NCBI GenBank assembly: GCA_043809585.1
Contig: JBDROZ010000076.1
Span: 1 to 58,185, forward strand
Direction of reading: 5' to 3'
From: Candidatus Eiseniibacteriota bacterium
Lineage (GTDB): Bacteria; Orphanbacterota; Orphanbacteria; Orphanbacterales; Orphanbacteraceae
Length of the DNA: 58,185 bases
The notes beneath the pieces were generated by a model. It was not told the origin of the DNA and did no database searches. It saw only the letters and a program-made list of their open reading frames with translations. How positions within the stretch are numbered: the stretch's first letter is position 1; every line of letters begins with the position of its first letter. Both the position numbers and the translations under genes were made by a program. Of this stretch, positions 50,104 to 58,185 are shown in pieces.

Positions 50104-50331
50104 CTACTTCATCACATGTTTCAAGATCGCGACGACCTCGCCCTCGCCCGGGAATGCGCCGGTCTTCGACTTGAGATAGACCGGCTTGCCGTCGAGGCGG
50201 ATGTCGAAGATGCCCCCGCTCCCCTCGATCAGCACCGGTTTGACTCCCGTCGCCTTTTCGATTTCGGCGGCGAGACTCGCCGCCTTGGGATCGTAGTTTC
50301 AGACCTTGCAGAATTCGATGGTGATCTTCAT
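50104..50331 (-). CDS. SelW/Rdx-family selenoprotein (CxxU), 75 aa, in-frame UGA at codon 11; absent from the ORF track
   Basis: Manual translation MKITIEFCKV-U-NYDPKAASLAAEIEKATGVKPVLIEGSGGIFDIRLDGKPVYLKSKTGAFPGEGEVVAILKHVMK; RBS aaggagg. Confidence 0.92.
50266..50284 (-). promoter_or_regulatory. Putative SECIS hairpin of the Rdx selenoprotein
   Basis: GGCGGCG-AGTCT-CGCCGCC stem-loop beginning 14 nt downstream of the UGA. Confidence 0.65.
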
Positions 50332-50463
50332 GACGGACCTCCTTGTGTACTTCCTTAATGTAGGCGAGAAGGCGTGCGCCGGGCAAGGGGAACGGGGTTT
50401 CCCGCACGAGCAAGGGGAGGGCCTGAGCCCTCCCCCCTCGGAGCCACCGGATGGGTGAGATCT

Positions 50464-52497
50464 CTATCGAAGGAGAATCATCTTTTTCGTCAAGGCCTTA
50501 CCGTCCGCCTCGAGTCGGTAGAAGTAGACGCCGCTCGTCACGGCCCGCCCGGACGAGTCCGTGCCGTCCCAGCGGATCGCCCGGCTCCCCGTGTACGAAC
50601 CGGCCGGCATCTTCGCTTCCCGGAGGGTGCGGACGTGCCTCCCCGCCACGTCGAAGACCGCCAGGACGACCGCCGCCTCCTCGGGCAGGACGAACTCGAT
50701 TCCGGTGCTCGGGTTGAACGGGTTCGGCACGTTGGGGAAGAGCCGGAGCGCCGCCGTGGATGGAAGCGAACCGCCCTCCACGCCCGTCGGATCGCCGCAG
50801 ATGTCCCAGATCGCGACGTCCATGACGATCGGCGTGGTGGTCGAGAAGAGCGTGTCGTTCAGGAAGACGTTCCTGTTCCCCTGGTTGAAGCACTCGTAGT
50901 TGAAGACCGTGTCGGGGAAGGACTTCCAGAGGTACTTGAAGTCCACGTTCTTGAGGGACCCCAAGGGGAACGTGATCCGGGCCGAGTAGACGCCGTCCCC
51001 CGCCGTGGAGTCGGGCAGCGCACCGTCGTCTTTCAGTCGATTCGTGGGCGGCACGTCCCAGGTGAGAGGGAGCCGGCTCCCGTTCAGGCCGATCGTGTCC
51101 AACGAGGCGTTCCAGCCGGCGCCGTTGTCCGGATGGTTTCGGACGAAGAAGATCACGTCGATGTCCTTGTCCGTGAAGTCCACCGGCGCCTCGTTGCTCC
51201 ACCAGATGTCGAGGGTGTCGATCGCCGTCGTACCGTCCAGCGAGTAGACGTGGTTGTCGATTCCCTCCCACGTCACGCACTGGTGGGTGAACTTGTACTC
51301 GAGCGTGACCGTATCCGTCACGCCCGCCGAGCAGGTGTGGAGGAAGCGGAAGGTCCCCTCGTAGGTCGAGTCTCCGTCCGGATCGGCCAGGAGATCGTCG
51401 CAGGTCGGATCCCAGGTGAGGGGGGAGATGCTCCCCTCCATGCCGACGGTGTCCGCGTTCGGGGCGGCCGAGTACGTCCGGAGGTAGATGCTCATCCCCG
51501 CCCGCACGAAGAGCTCGGTCAGGAAGAACTCGAAGCTGTTGTTCCCGGCGATCGGGTTCCCCGCGATGTCCTCCACGTTCGTCGCCGTCACGGTGAGGCA
51601 GGTCCCGAGGCCCATCTCGGCGCTCAATGTCAGCTTGACGCTCGTGGCGCTCACGAGGGCGGCGCCGATGACGGAGACGCCGGTGACCGTGTAGTTACCC
51701 GCCGTTTCGGCGGTCACCGTGTCGACCGGCTCGCTGAAGGTGACGATGAGTTCGTCGGTCACGCTCTCCACGATCGCGGCGTTGTCCAAGGTCGGCGGAG
51801 TCGTGTCGCCGCCGGAAGCCTTGAGGACCTTCGTCGAGTTCGCCAGGATCGACTGGGTGGACCAGTCGGCCGCGTTCCAATCGTCCGCCGGATCGTTCGA
51901 CGTGTCCTGGGCGTTGTCGCCGTCCCCGCCCCCCGTCGACCAGACCTCGCACCAGAGCGAGTCGGGATCGCCGAGGCGGCTCTTCTCGATCTTCCACTCG
52001 ATCCCCGAAAAAGTGCCCGCGTTCAGCGCCGCGCCGTCGACGGTTCCCGACTGGACCCAGGTCAGTGTCCCCTGGTTCCAGGCCCACCACTGGGTGTCCT
52101 CCGGCCCGTAAGGGGCCGCATTGACCCACGATCCGACGGAGAACTCGGGCTTGTGCGGGTCGCTCACGACCACGTTCCGCCCCCACGCATCGGTGGTGCC
52201 GCCGTTCGCGTCATTCGTCGTGTCGATGTAGAGGCGATATTTCCCCCAGTTGGTGGTCGACACGTTGGCGTTCACCGTGAAGAGGAAGTACCAGAAGGTG
52301 TTGTCGTTACAAACGTAGAGGTTGAGCATGTCGATATTGGTGTTGTTGGCCCAGTGGTCTCCGGCCGGGTCCGAGGCTTCGGCGGCGCCGTAGACGCCGT
52401 CGGCCAGGCCGTCCATGACCGGCGTCCCGAACCCGCCCCCGAAGGTCGGGACGGGCAGGGCCACCAGCGCGGCGAGCGCGATACCATAGAGCTTCAT
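50464..52497 (-). CDS. Secreted multi-domain carbohydrate-binding protein (DOMON/glucodextranase-C-like, Ig-like, two CBM20-like modules, FlgD-type C-terminal domain)
   Basis: Signal peptide; DPAGD..YRLYIDT; DTTPPTL..VTFSEPVD; G-S..PLTWD...YKF/Y modules twice; LKDDG..DSTAGDGVYS; NVPNPFNPST...WDGTD..SGVYFYRL. Confidence 0.7.
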   Translation of the reverse strand: MKLYGIALAALVALPVPTFGGGFGTPVMDGLADGVYGAAEASDPAGDHWANNTNIDMLNLYVCNDNTFWYFLFTVNANVSTTNWGKYRLYIDTTNDANGGTTDAWGRNVVVSDPHKPEFSVGSWVNAAPYGPEDTQWWAWNQGTLTWVQSGTVDGAALNAGTFSGIEWKIEKSRLGDPDSLWCEVWSTGGGDGDNAQDTSNDPADDWNAADWSTQSILANSTKVLKASGGDTTPPTLDNAAIVESVTDELIVTFSEPVDTVTAETAGNYTVTGVSVIGAALVSATSVKLTLSAEMGLGTCLTVTATNVEDIAGNPIAGNNSFEFFLTELFVRAGMSIYLRTYSAAPNADTVGMEGSISPLTWDPTCDDLLADPDGDSTYEGTFRFLHTCSAGVTDTVTLEYKFTHQCVTWEGIDNHVYSLDGTTAIDTLDIWWSNEAPVDFTDKDIDVIFFVRNHPDNGAGWNASLDTIGLNGSRLPLTWDVPPTNRLKDDGALPDSTAGDGVYSARITFPLGSLKNVDFKYLWKSFPDTVFNYECFNQGNRNVFLNDTLFSTTTPIVMDVAIWDICGDPTGVEGGSLPSTAALRLFPNVPNPFNPSTGIEFVLPEEAAVVLAVFDVAGRHVRTLREAKMPAGSYTGSRAIRWDGTDSSGRAVTSGVYFYRLEADGKALTKKMILLR

Positions 52498-52577
52498 CAG
52501 AGTTTCCTCCTCATGCGGATAAAAGTTGGCGACACAACAAGATGGAAGGGGCGATCCCCCTCTGTACTTTGTCATAC

Positions 52578-52664
52578 ATTCTATCACAAAGGGGAATGAA
52601 ACTCCAGAAGTTAGCGGCCCGCCCCCGTTGTCGGTTGACCCCCTCGACGGGCTTCCCGGATAAT
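52578..52664. promoter_or_regulatory. Divergent promoter region
   Basis: Minus-strand extended -10 TGaTAGAAT (52578-52586); plus-strand TTGACC-18 nt-GATAAT (52635-52664). Confidence 0.5.
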
Positions 52665-52717
52665 GCATCGGGAGTGAACGAGAGACCGTCTCCACGAGCC
52701 GAGAGGAGGGGGAACCG

Positions 52718-55156
52718 TTGGCCGGCATCGTCCTGGAGAACCTGGTCAAGAGCTACGGCAAGGGGAAGCCGGTTCTGAAGGGGATCGACCTCGAGATCCG
52801 GGAACGGGAGTTCATGGTGCTCGTCGGCCCCTCCGGCTGCGGGAAGTCGACGGTGCTCCGAGTGATCTCCGGCCTCGAACAGGTCGACTCGGGGACGGTC
52901 CGGATCGGAGACCGGGTGGTGAACGACATCCCCCCCCGGGAGCGGGACGTGGCGATGGTCTTCCAGAACTACGCCCTTTACCCTCACATGACCGTCTACG
53001 ACAACATCGCCTTCGGCCTCCGGGTGCGGGGGATCCCGAAAGGGGAGATCGATCCCCTCGTGCGGGACGCGGCGTCGATCCTCAATCTGGAACCGCTCCT
53101 CGAGAAGCTGCCGAAGCGCCTTTCCGGAGGGGAGCGGCAGAGGGTCGCCCTCGGCCGCGCCATCGTCCGGAAACCGAAAGTCTTCCTCTTCGACGAACCC
53201 CTCTCCAACCTGGACGCCAAGCTCCGGGTGCATATGCGGGCCGAGATCACGGCGCTCCACCGGCGGCTCCGGATCACCACCGTGTACGTCACCCACGACC
53301 AGGTGGAGGCGATGACCATGGGGGAGCGGATCACCGTGATCCGGGCCGGCGAGATCCAGCAGATCGACAAACCCCTCGACCTCTACCGCCGGCCGGCGAA
53401 CCGGTTCGTGGCGGAGTTCATCGGATCGCCCCCCATGAACATCCTCCCCGCCCGGTGGGACGGCTCGGCGGTCGTCGTCGGGAATGCCCGCTTCGAAGCC
53501 CCCGAGGGTTCGGTCCCCCTCACCGACGCGTACCGGGGGAAGGAGGTCCTTCTCGGCGTGCGCCCGGAGCGGCTCCAGGTGGCTCCGGCGGGGAGCGGGG
53601 AGGGCGTTCCGGCCCACGTCGACCTGGTCGAGCCGATGGGCGGAGAGTCGAACATCTACCTCCGCATCGAGGGGCGCCGGGCCATCGCCCGGATCGAGGG
53701 GGACGCCCCGGTGAAGGCGGGCGAGAACGCCCTCGTCCGTATCCCGGCGGCGTCGGCCTACTTCTTCGACGGGGAATCGGGGATCCGGATCCCGGGCCGG
53801 AACGAGCCCTCGGAGAGCAACGCCGCCCCCCCCCCGGCGCCGCCGGAGGAGCCGGAAGAACAGGCCTCCCACCCCCCCGCCCCCCCGCGCCCGGGCCGGA
53901 GAAGGGGGGCCTGGCTCGGCGGCGCGGCCGTGCTCCTGCTCCTGCTGCTGGTCTTCCTCTTCCGGAGCGGCGGGGAGAGAGGGGGCGGAGAGGCCGGGCC
54001 CGGCGGAGGCGCCGCGCCGATCACGATCTCGATCTGGCAGATGATGGATCCCCCCGAGGCCGCCCTCTTCGAGGCGCTCGCGAAAGAGTACGAGTCGGAC
54101 CACCCCGGCGTGAAGATCAGCCATACCCATTTCGCGCCGGACAACCTCCGAACCCAGTATCTGACGTCCGCCCTCGGCGGCGGCGGCCCGGATCTGGTGT
54201 ACGGGGCGTCCGATCAGGTCGGCCCTCTCTCGAGGGCGGAGACGATCCTCCCCGTCGACGAGGTGTGGGACGGCGAGTACCTCGCCCTGTTCGTCCCCAT
54301 CGCGTTCGACACCCTGGAGGGGCACGTCTGGCAACTGCCCGCCCGCCTCGGCAACCACCTGACCCTCCTCTACAACAAAGCCCTGCTCCCGGAGCCGCCG
54401 TCGACGCTGGAAGGGATGGTTCGCGAAGGCCGGAGGCTGACCCGGGAGGGGCGTTACGGCCTCGTCTTCAACATCAAGGAGCCTTTCTGGCTCGTCCCCT
54501 TCCTCGGAGCCTTCGGCGGCTGGGTGATGGACGACGACTACCGGCCGACCTTGGACACGCCGGCCATGGTCGGCTGCCTCCGTTTCCTCGACGGGATGCG
54601 GAGAGGCGGGCGTCTCATGCCGGACGACTGCAACTACGAGGTCGCCCACACCCTCTTCCAGGACGGGAAGGCGGCGATGCTGATCAACGGGCCCTGGTCG
54701 TGGAAGAGCTACGAGGAGGCGGGGATCGACTTCGGCCTCGCCCCGATTCCGAAGAACGAGGAGACCGGGTTCTGGCCGTCGCCCATGATCTCGAGCGTCG
54801 GCTACAGCCTGAACGCGAACCTGAAAGGAGTGCGGCTCGAACGGGTGAAGGAGCTGGTCGATTTCCTGACGTCGCCGGACGTGCAGATCCGTTACGTGGA
54901 GACCCTCTGGACGATTCCGACCCGGAAGGCGGCGCTCAGCGACCCGCGTGTCAAGGACCACCCCCGCGTCGCCGCCTCGTGGGAGCAGTACCGGCACGGG
55001 AAGCGGATGCCCGTGGTCCCCGAGATGCGGGCGATCTGGGACGCCATGCGCCCCGCCTATCAGAACGTGCTGAACGGCGAGATGGGTCCGGAAGAGGCGG
55101 CCCGGGCGATGCAGGCGGACGCGGAGAAGAAGATCAAGGAAATGCGTGGCCAGTAG
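52718..55156 (+). CDS. Fusion: MalK/UgpC-type ABC ATPase, Pro-rich linker, single TM helix, maltodextrin-type solute-binding protein
   Basis: GPSGCGKS, VFQNYALYPH, LSGGERQR, FDEPLSNLD, VTHDQ, TOBE domain; RRRGAWLGGAAVLLLLLLVFLF; then GGGPDL, LLYNKALLPEPP, INGPW, MPVVPEMRAIW. Confidence 0.88.
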   Translation: MAGIVLENLVKSYGKGKPVLKGIDLEIREREFMVLVGPSGCGKSTVLRVISGLEQVDSGTVRIGDRVVNDIPPRERDVAMVFQNYALYPHMTVYDNIAFGLRVRGIPKGEIDPLVRDAASILNLEPLLEKLPKRLSGGERQRVALGRAIVRKPKVFLFDEPLSNLDAKLRVHMRAEITALHRRLRITTVYVTHDQVEAMTMGERITVIRAGEIQQIDKPLDLYRRPANRFVAEFIGSPPMNILPARWDGSAVVVGNARFEAPEGSVPLTDAYRGKEVLLGVRPERLQVAPAGSGEGVPAHVDLVEPMGGESNIYLRIEGRRAIARIEGDAPVKAGENALVRIPAASAYFFDGESGIRIPGRNEPSESNAAPPPAPPEEPEEQASHPPAPPRPGRRRGAWLGGAAVLLLLLLVFLFRSGGERGGGEAGPGGGAAPITISIWQMMDPPEAALFEALAKEYESDHPGVKISHTHFAPDNLRTQYLTSALGGGGPDLVYGASDQVGPLSRAETILPVDEVWDGEYLALFVPIAFDTLEGHVWQLPARLGNHLTLLYNKALLPEPPSTLEGMVREGRRLTREGRYGLVFNIKEPFWLVPFLGAFGGWVMDDDYRPTLDTPAMVGCLRFLDGMRRGGRLMPDDCNYEVAHTLFQDGKAAMLINGPWSWKSYEEAGIDFGLAPIPKNEETGFWPSPMISSVGYSLNANLKGVRLERVKELVDFLTSPDVQIRYVETLWTIPTRKAALSDPRVKDHPRVAASWEQYRHGKRMPVVPEMRAIWDAMRPAYQNVLNGEMGPEEAARAMQADAEKKIKEMRGQ

Positions 55157-55166
55157 CGGGGGCACG

Positions 55167-56048
55167 ATGAGCGGGAATAAGCGGATCGGATTACCCTACC
55201 TCTTCCTCGGGCCGGCGCTCGTGGTGATGATGCTCGTCGTCCTCTACCCCTTCCTCTACAACATCCGGATCGCCTTCTCGAACATGAGCCTCTACCACCT
55301 CCGGGACGCCCGGTTCGTGGGGCTCGAGCACTTCCGGACCATCGCGGGGGAGCCGGAGATCCTCCGCATCTTCGGGAAGACCGTGATCTGGACCGTGGTG
55401 AACGTCGTCTCCCACCTGGTCCTCGGGGTGGGCCTCGCGATTCTCCTGAACCAGGAGGTGCGGGGACGGGCGTGGTTCCGGGCGCTCCTCATTCTGCCCT
55501 GGGCGATGCCCCAGTACATCACCGCCCTCACCTGGAAGGGAATGTTCAACTACGAGTTCGGCGCCATCAACCTGATCCTCCGGCACCTGCACCTGCCGGC
55601 GGTCCCCTGGCTCTCGAACGCGAACTGGGCCTTCGCGGCCCCGATCATCACGAACATCTGGCTCGGCTTCCCGTTCATGATGGTGATCGCCCTCGGCGGC
55701 CTCCAGTCGATCCCGAAGGAGATGTACGAAGCGGCGGACATCGACGGCGCGGGGTGGTGGTTCCGGCTCCGGAAGATCACGCTCCCCCTCTTGAAGCCCG
55801 TGCTCGTGCCGGCGGCGATTCTCGGGACGATCTGGACCTTCAACAACCTGAACGTGATCTGGCTCGTGACGAACCAAGGGGAGCCGGCGGACAAGACCCA
55901 CATCCTCGTCACCTACGTCTACAAGGCGGCCTTCCACTACTACCGCTACGGCTACGCCGCCGCCTTTTCCCTGGTGATCTTCCTCATCCTGCTCGCCTTC
56001 GTGGTCTGGTTCCTCCGGGTGTCGAGGGAGAAGGAGGGGGCGGCATGA
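55167..56048 (+). CDS. Sugar ABC permease (MalF-like)
   Basis: LLILPWAMP, NIWLGFPFMM, LQSIPKEMYEAADIDGA (EAA loop). Confidence 0.93.
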   Translation: MSGNKRIGLPYLFLGPALVVMMLVVLYPFLYNIRIAFSNMSLYHLRDARFVGLEHFRTIAGEPEILRIFGKTVIWTVVNVVSHLVLGVGLAILLNQEVRGRAWFRALLILPWAMPQYITALTWKGMFNYEFGAINLILRHLHLPAVPWLSNANWAFAAPIITNIWLGFPFMMVIALGGLQSIPKEMYEAADIDGAGWWFRLRKITLPLLKPVLVPAAILGTIWTFNNLNVIWLVTNQGEPADKTHILVTYVYKAAFHYYRYGYAAAFSLVIFLILLAFVVWFLRVSREKEGAA

Positions 56049-56875
56049 GCAAGAGCCGGTACCGTTCCCTCGTGCTCCACCTGGTGCTGATCCTCGTGGC
56101 CCTCGCCACGATTTACCCGATCCTGCAGGTGATCGGGATTTCCCTCCGCCCGGGCGACCGCCTCTATTCGACATCTCTCGCGCTGATCCCCGAGGGGGCG
56201 ACGCTCGCCGCGTACCGGATCATCCTCTTCGAGAAGCCCTTCCTCCTCTGGATGCGGAACTCCCTTCTCGTCACGGTGACGGTCACGATTCTCGGGGTCG
56301 TGCTCGCGTCGACGGCGGGGTACGCCTTCTCCCGGTTCCGGTTCCCCGGGCGGGGGATCGGCATGCTCTCCTTCCTCGTCACCCAGATGTTCCCCGCCAC
56401 CATGCTGCTCCTCCCGCTCTACATCCTTCTCGGAAAGGTGGGCCTCGTCGACTCCCTCGCCGGGCTCGCGGTCGCCTACGTGGCGACGGCGCTCCCCTTC
56501 TGCGTCTGGACCATGAAGGGGTATTACGATTCGATCCCGGTGGAGCTCGAGGAGGCAGCCATGGTGGACGGCACGACACGGGCGGGCGCCTTCGTGCGCG
56601 TCACCCTCCCCCTCTCGGCGCCGGCCCTCATGATCACGGCCCTCTTCAGTTTCATCTCGGCCTGGTCCGAGTTCATGGTGGCAAGGGTGATCATTCAATC
56701 CCAGAACCTGAATACCCTTCCCCTCGGCCTCGAGTCGCTGGCCGGCACCTTCCAGACCGAGTGGGCGAACTACTCCGCGGGGGCGATCCTCGTCTGCATC
56801 CCGGTGGTCTCCCTCTTCCTCGCCTTGAACCGGTACCTCGTCGCGGGCCTCACACTCGGCGGTGTCAAGGGCTAA
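56045..56875 (+). CDS. Sugar ABC permease (MalG-like)
   Basis: AGYAFSRFRFPG, QMFP, KGYYDSIPVELEEAAMVDG, GLTLGGVKG. Confidence 0.93.
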   Translation: MSKSRYRSLVLHLVLILVALATIYPILQVIGISLRPGDRLYSTSLALIPEGATLAAYRIILFEKPFLLWMRNSLLVTVTVTILGVVLASTAGYAFSRFRFPGRGIGMLSFLVTQMFPATMLLLPLYILLGKVGLVDSLAGLAVAYVATALPFCVWTMKGYYDSIPVELEEAAMVDGTTRAGAFVRVTLPLSAPALMITALFSFISAWSEFMVARVIIQSQNLNTLPLGLESLAGTFQTEWANYSAGAILVCIPVVSLFLALNRYLVAGLTLGGVKG

Positions 56876-57054
56876 CCCGCGTTTTCCAACATGTTCCTAA
56901 TGCGGTTCCGGATCGAGGCCTGCGCGGCCTCCCTTCCTTCGCCCCTTCCTCGACATAACTTCGGCTATGCCTCCGGGAGCGGCTTGTCCAGGTCGGCCCC
57001 TCGCCTCTCGATCCGAACCCTCGCGACGGAACCTGTCGAAAGACGCGGGTTAGC
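56871..57054. mobile_element. MITE-like 184-bp element with terminal inverted repeats
   Basis: gctaacccgcgttttccaacatgttcc versus ggaacctgtcgaaagacgcgggttagc (23/27 complementary); inner arms ggatcgag/ctcgatcc also pair; no coding capacity. Confidence 0.6.
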
Positions 57055-57133
57055 GGAATCAGCTCAGTAGCATTCTTTGCATCTCTCCGGAGGCATGGTA
57101 ATCTCGGCCGGTGATATCACGGAGGATTGTTCC

Positions 57134-58185
57134 ATGAGATTCGTCCGAATCGGCTTCGCGGCGACGCTCGCCTTTCTCACCGGCTGCGGGGGTGGATCGG
57201 ACCGGGGACTCCCCGTCGACCGGGAGGGGATGGAGACGAACTTCGCCGAGCAGAAGGAGGGACGGGTCGAGAACCTGTTCTCTCTCGATCAGATCCACGG
57301 CGTCCTGAAGGGAGGGGAAGGGGACCTGCAGGCGGACTTCGGGGCGATCCGCACGCTCCTCTCCGGCGAAGCGATCGATCCCGCGACCATCTACGGCGCC
57401 GTCCGGATCGGTCCCTATCCCTTCGACGGGGAGAGGGCGGGATTCGCGTACAAGCGTTTCCGGATCCGCCGGCCGGTCGAGGGGGGGAGGGCCCGTCTCG
57501 GCGTTCATTACTTGATGGATGACGAACTGAACACCGAGGGGTGGTCCGACGGGGGACAGATCTGCGTTCGTTTCGAGCTCCGGCAGGAGGGGCCCGGCGC
57601 GGATCGGGACCTCGGCATGTACGACACCTTCGTCCGGTTCCGCCGGAGCGGCGAGAGGTACGAGGTCCTCCCTTCCCTCGTCGAAGGTCCGTTCCTCTCC
57701 CTCGTCCGGAGCGACGATCCGGGCCGCGTGGTGGTCGCCCTCCGGACGAGCGCCCCCGTCCCCGTGCGGGTCATTCTCGATGACGGCCGGACCTACGCCT
57801 CCCGCGGCGGCGGCCTCGCTCACGAGATCCCGGTCACCGGGCTCGAGGCGGGGAAGGAGTACGCCTACCGGGTCGAGACCGGCGGCGCGCGCTCCCGGGC
57901 GTACCCGTTCCGGGCGGCGCCGAAGAAGGGGAAGGGGGAGGTCCTCTTCGCCTACACCGGCGACAGCCGGGAAGGCCGGGGAGGGGGGGACGAGGAGTTC
58001 ATGGGCGTGAACCACCGGACCCTCGTGAATCTCACGGCGGCGGCCTACCGGGAGGGGGCGGAGTTCCTCCTGATGGGGGGCGATCTGGTCAACGGGTACA
58101 CCACGTCGCCGGAAGATTTCGCCGCCCAGTTCCGGGCGTGGAAGCAGGCGGCGGCGGGCTTCGGGAATTCCCGCCCCCTCTATCC
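57134..58185 (+). CDS. Lipoprotein metallophosphoesterase (purple-acid-phosphatase-like, FN3 plus calcineurin-like domain), truncated by the window end
   Basis: Manual translation: lipobox FLTGC, HEIPVTGLEAGKEYAYRV, FAYTGDSR, FLLMGGDLVNG; RBS ggagga; frame open to the end. Confidence 0.85.
   Translation, partial: MRFVRIGFAATLAFLTGCGGGSDRGLPVDREGMETNFAEQKEGRVENLFSLDQIHGVLKGGEGDLQADFGAIRTLLSGEAIDPATIYGAVRIGPYPFDGERAGFAYKRFRIRRPVEGGRARLGVHYLMDDELNTEGWSDGGQICVRFELRQEGPGADRDLGMYDTFVRFRRSGERYEVLPSLVEGPFLSLVRSDDPGRVVVALRTSAPVPVRVILDDGRTYASRGGGLAHEIPVTGLEAGKEYAYRVETGGARSRAYPFRAAPKKGKGEVLFAYTGDSREGRGGGDEEFMGVNHRTLVNLTAAAYREGAEFLLMGGDLVNGYTTSPEDFAAQFRAWKQAAAGFGNSRPLY

Overview
High-GC chromosomal window from a diderm bacterium. 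A PorV-like barrel and FlgD/'NPFNP' C-terminal-domain cargo proteins suggest an FCB-related candidate lineage (inference only). The housekeeping core is yceD-rpmF-plsX-fabH-fabD-fabG-acpP-fabF-rnc and gap-pgk-tpiA-secG-tRNA-Leu(GAG), plus archease-rtcB-ubiE/menG, hsp20, an M16 peptidase pair and a maltodextrin-type ABC importer. The most unusual part is the first 10 kb. It holds (i) a tightly packed operon of a ParA ATPase fused to a glycogen-binding (CBM48/AMPK-beta-type) domain, a degenerate FleN/MinD-like protein, a degenerate NucS-like protein and a small membrane protein; (ii) a second paralog of that membrane protein behind a sigma54 promoter; and (iii) a small secreted peptide gene behind a consensus sigma70 promoter, directly upstream of a TPR-rich sigma54 activator (a candidate peptide/receptor signalling module). 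Other notable items: two UGA-recoded selenoproteins that the ORF track splits or misses (a CxU UshA-like/tetraheme cytochrome lipoprotein and a CxxU SelW/Rdx protein), a MalK-TM-substrate-binding-protein fusion, a large PPDK-like dikinase lacking its pyruvate-binding barrel next to a divergent second GAPDH, a PHP pseudo-enzyme with a frameshift, and several REP/MITE-like palindromic elements. All calls come from reading motifs by eye; no database searches were run.
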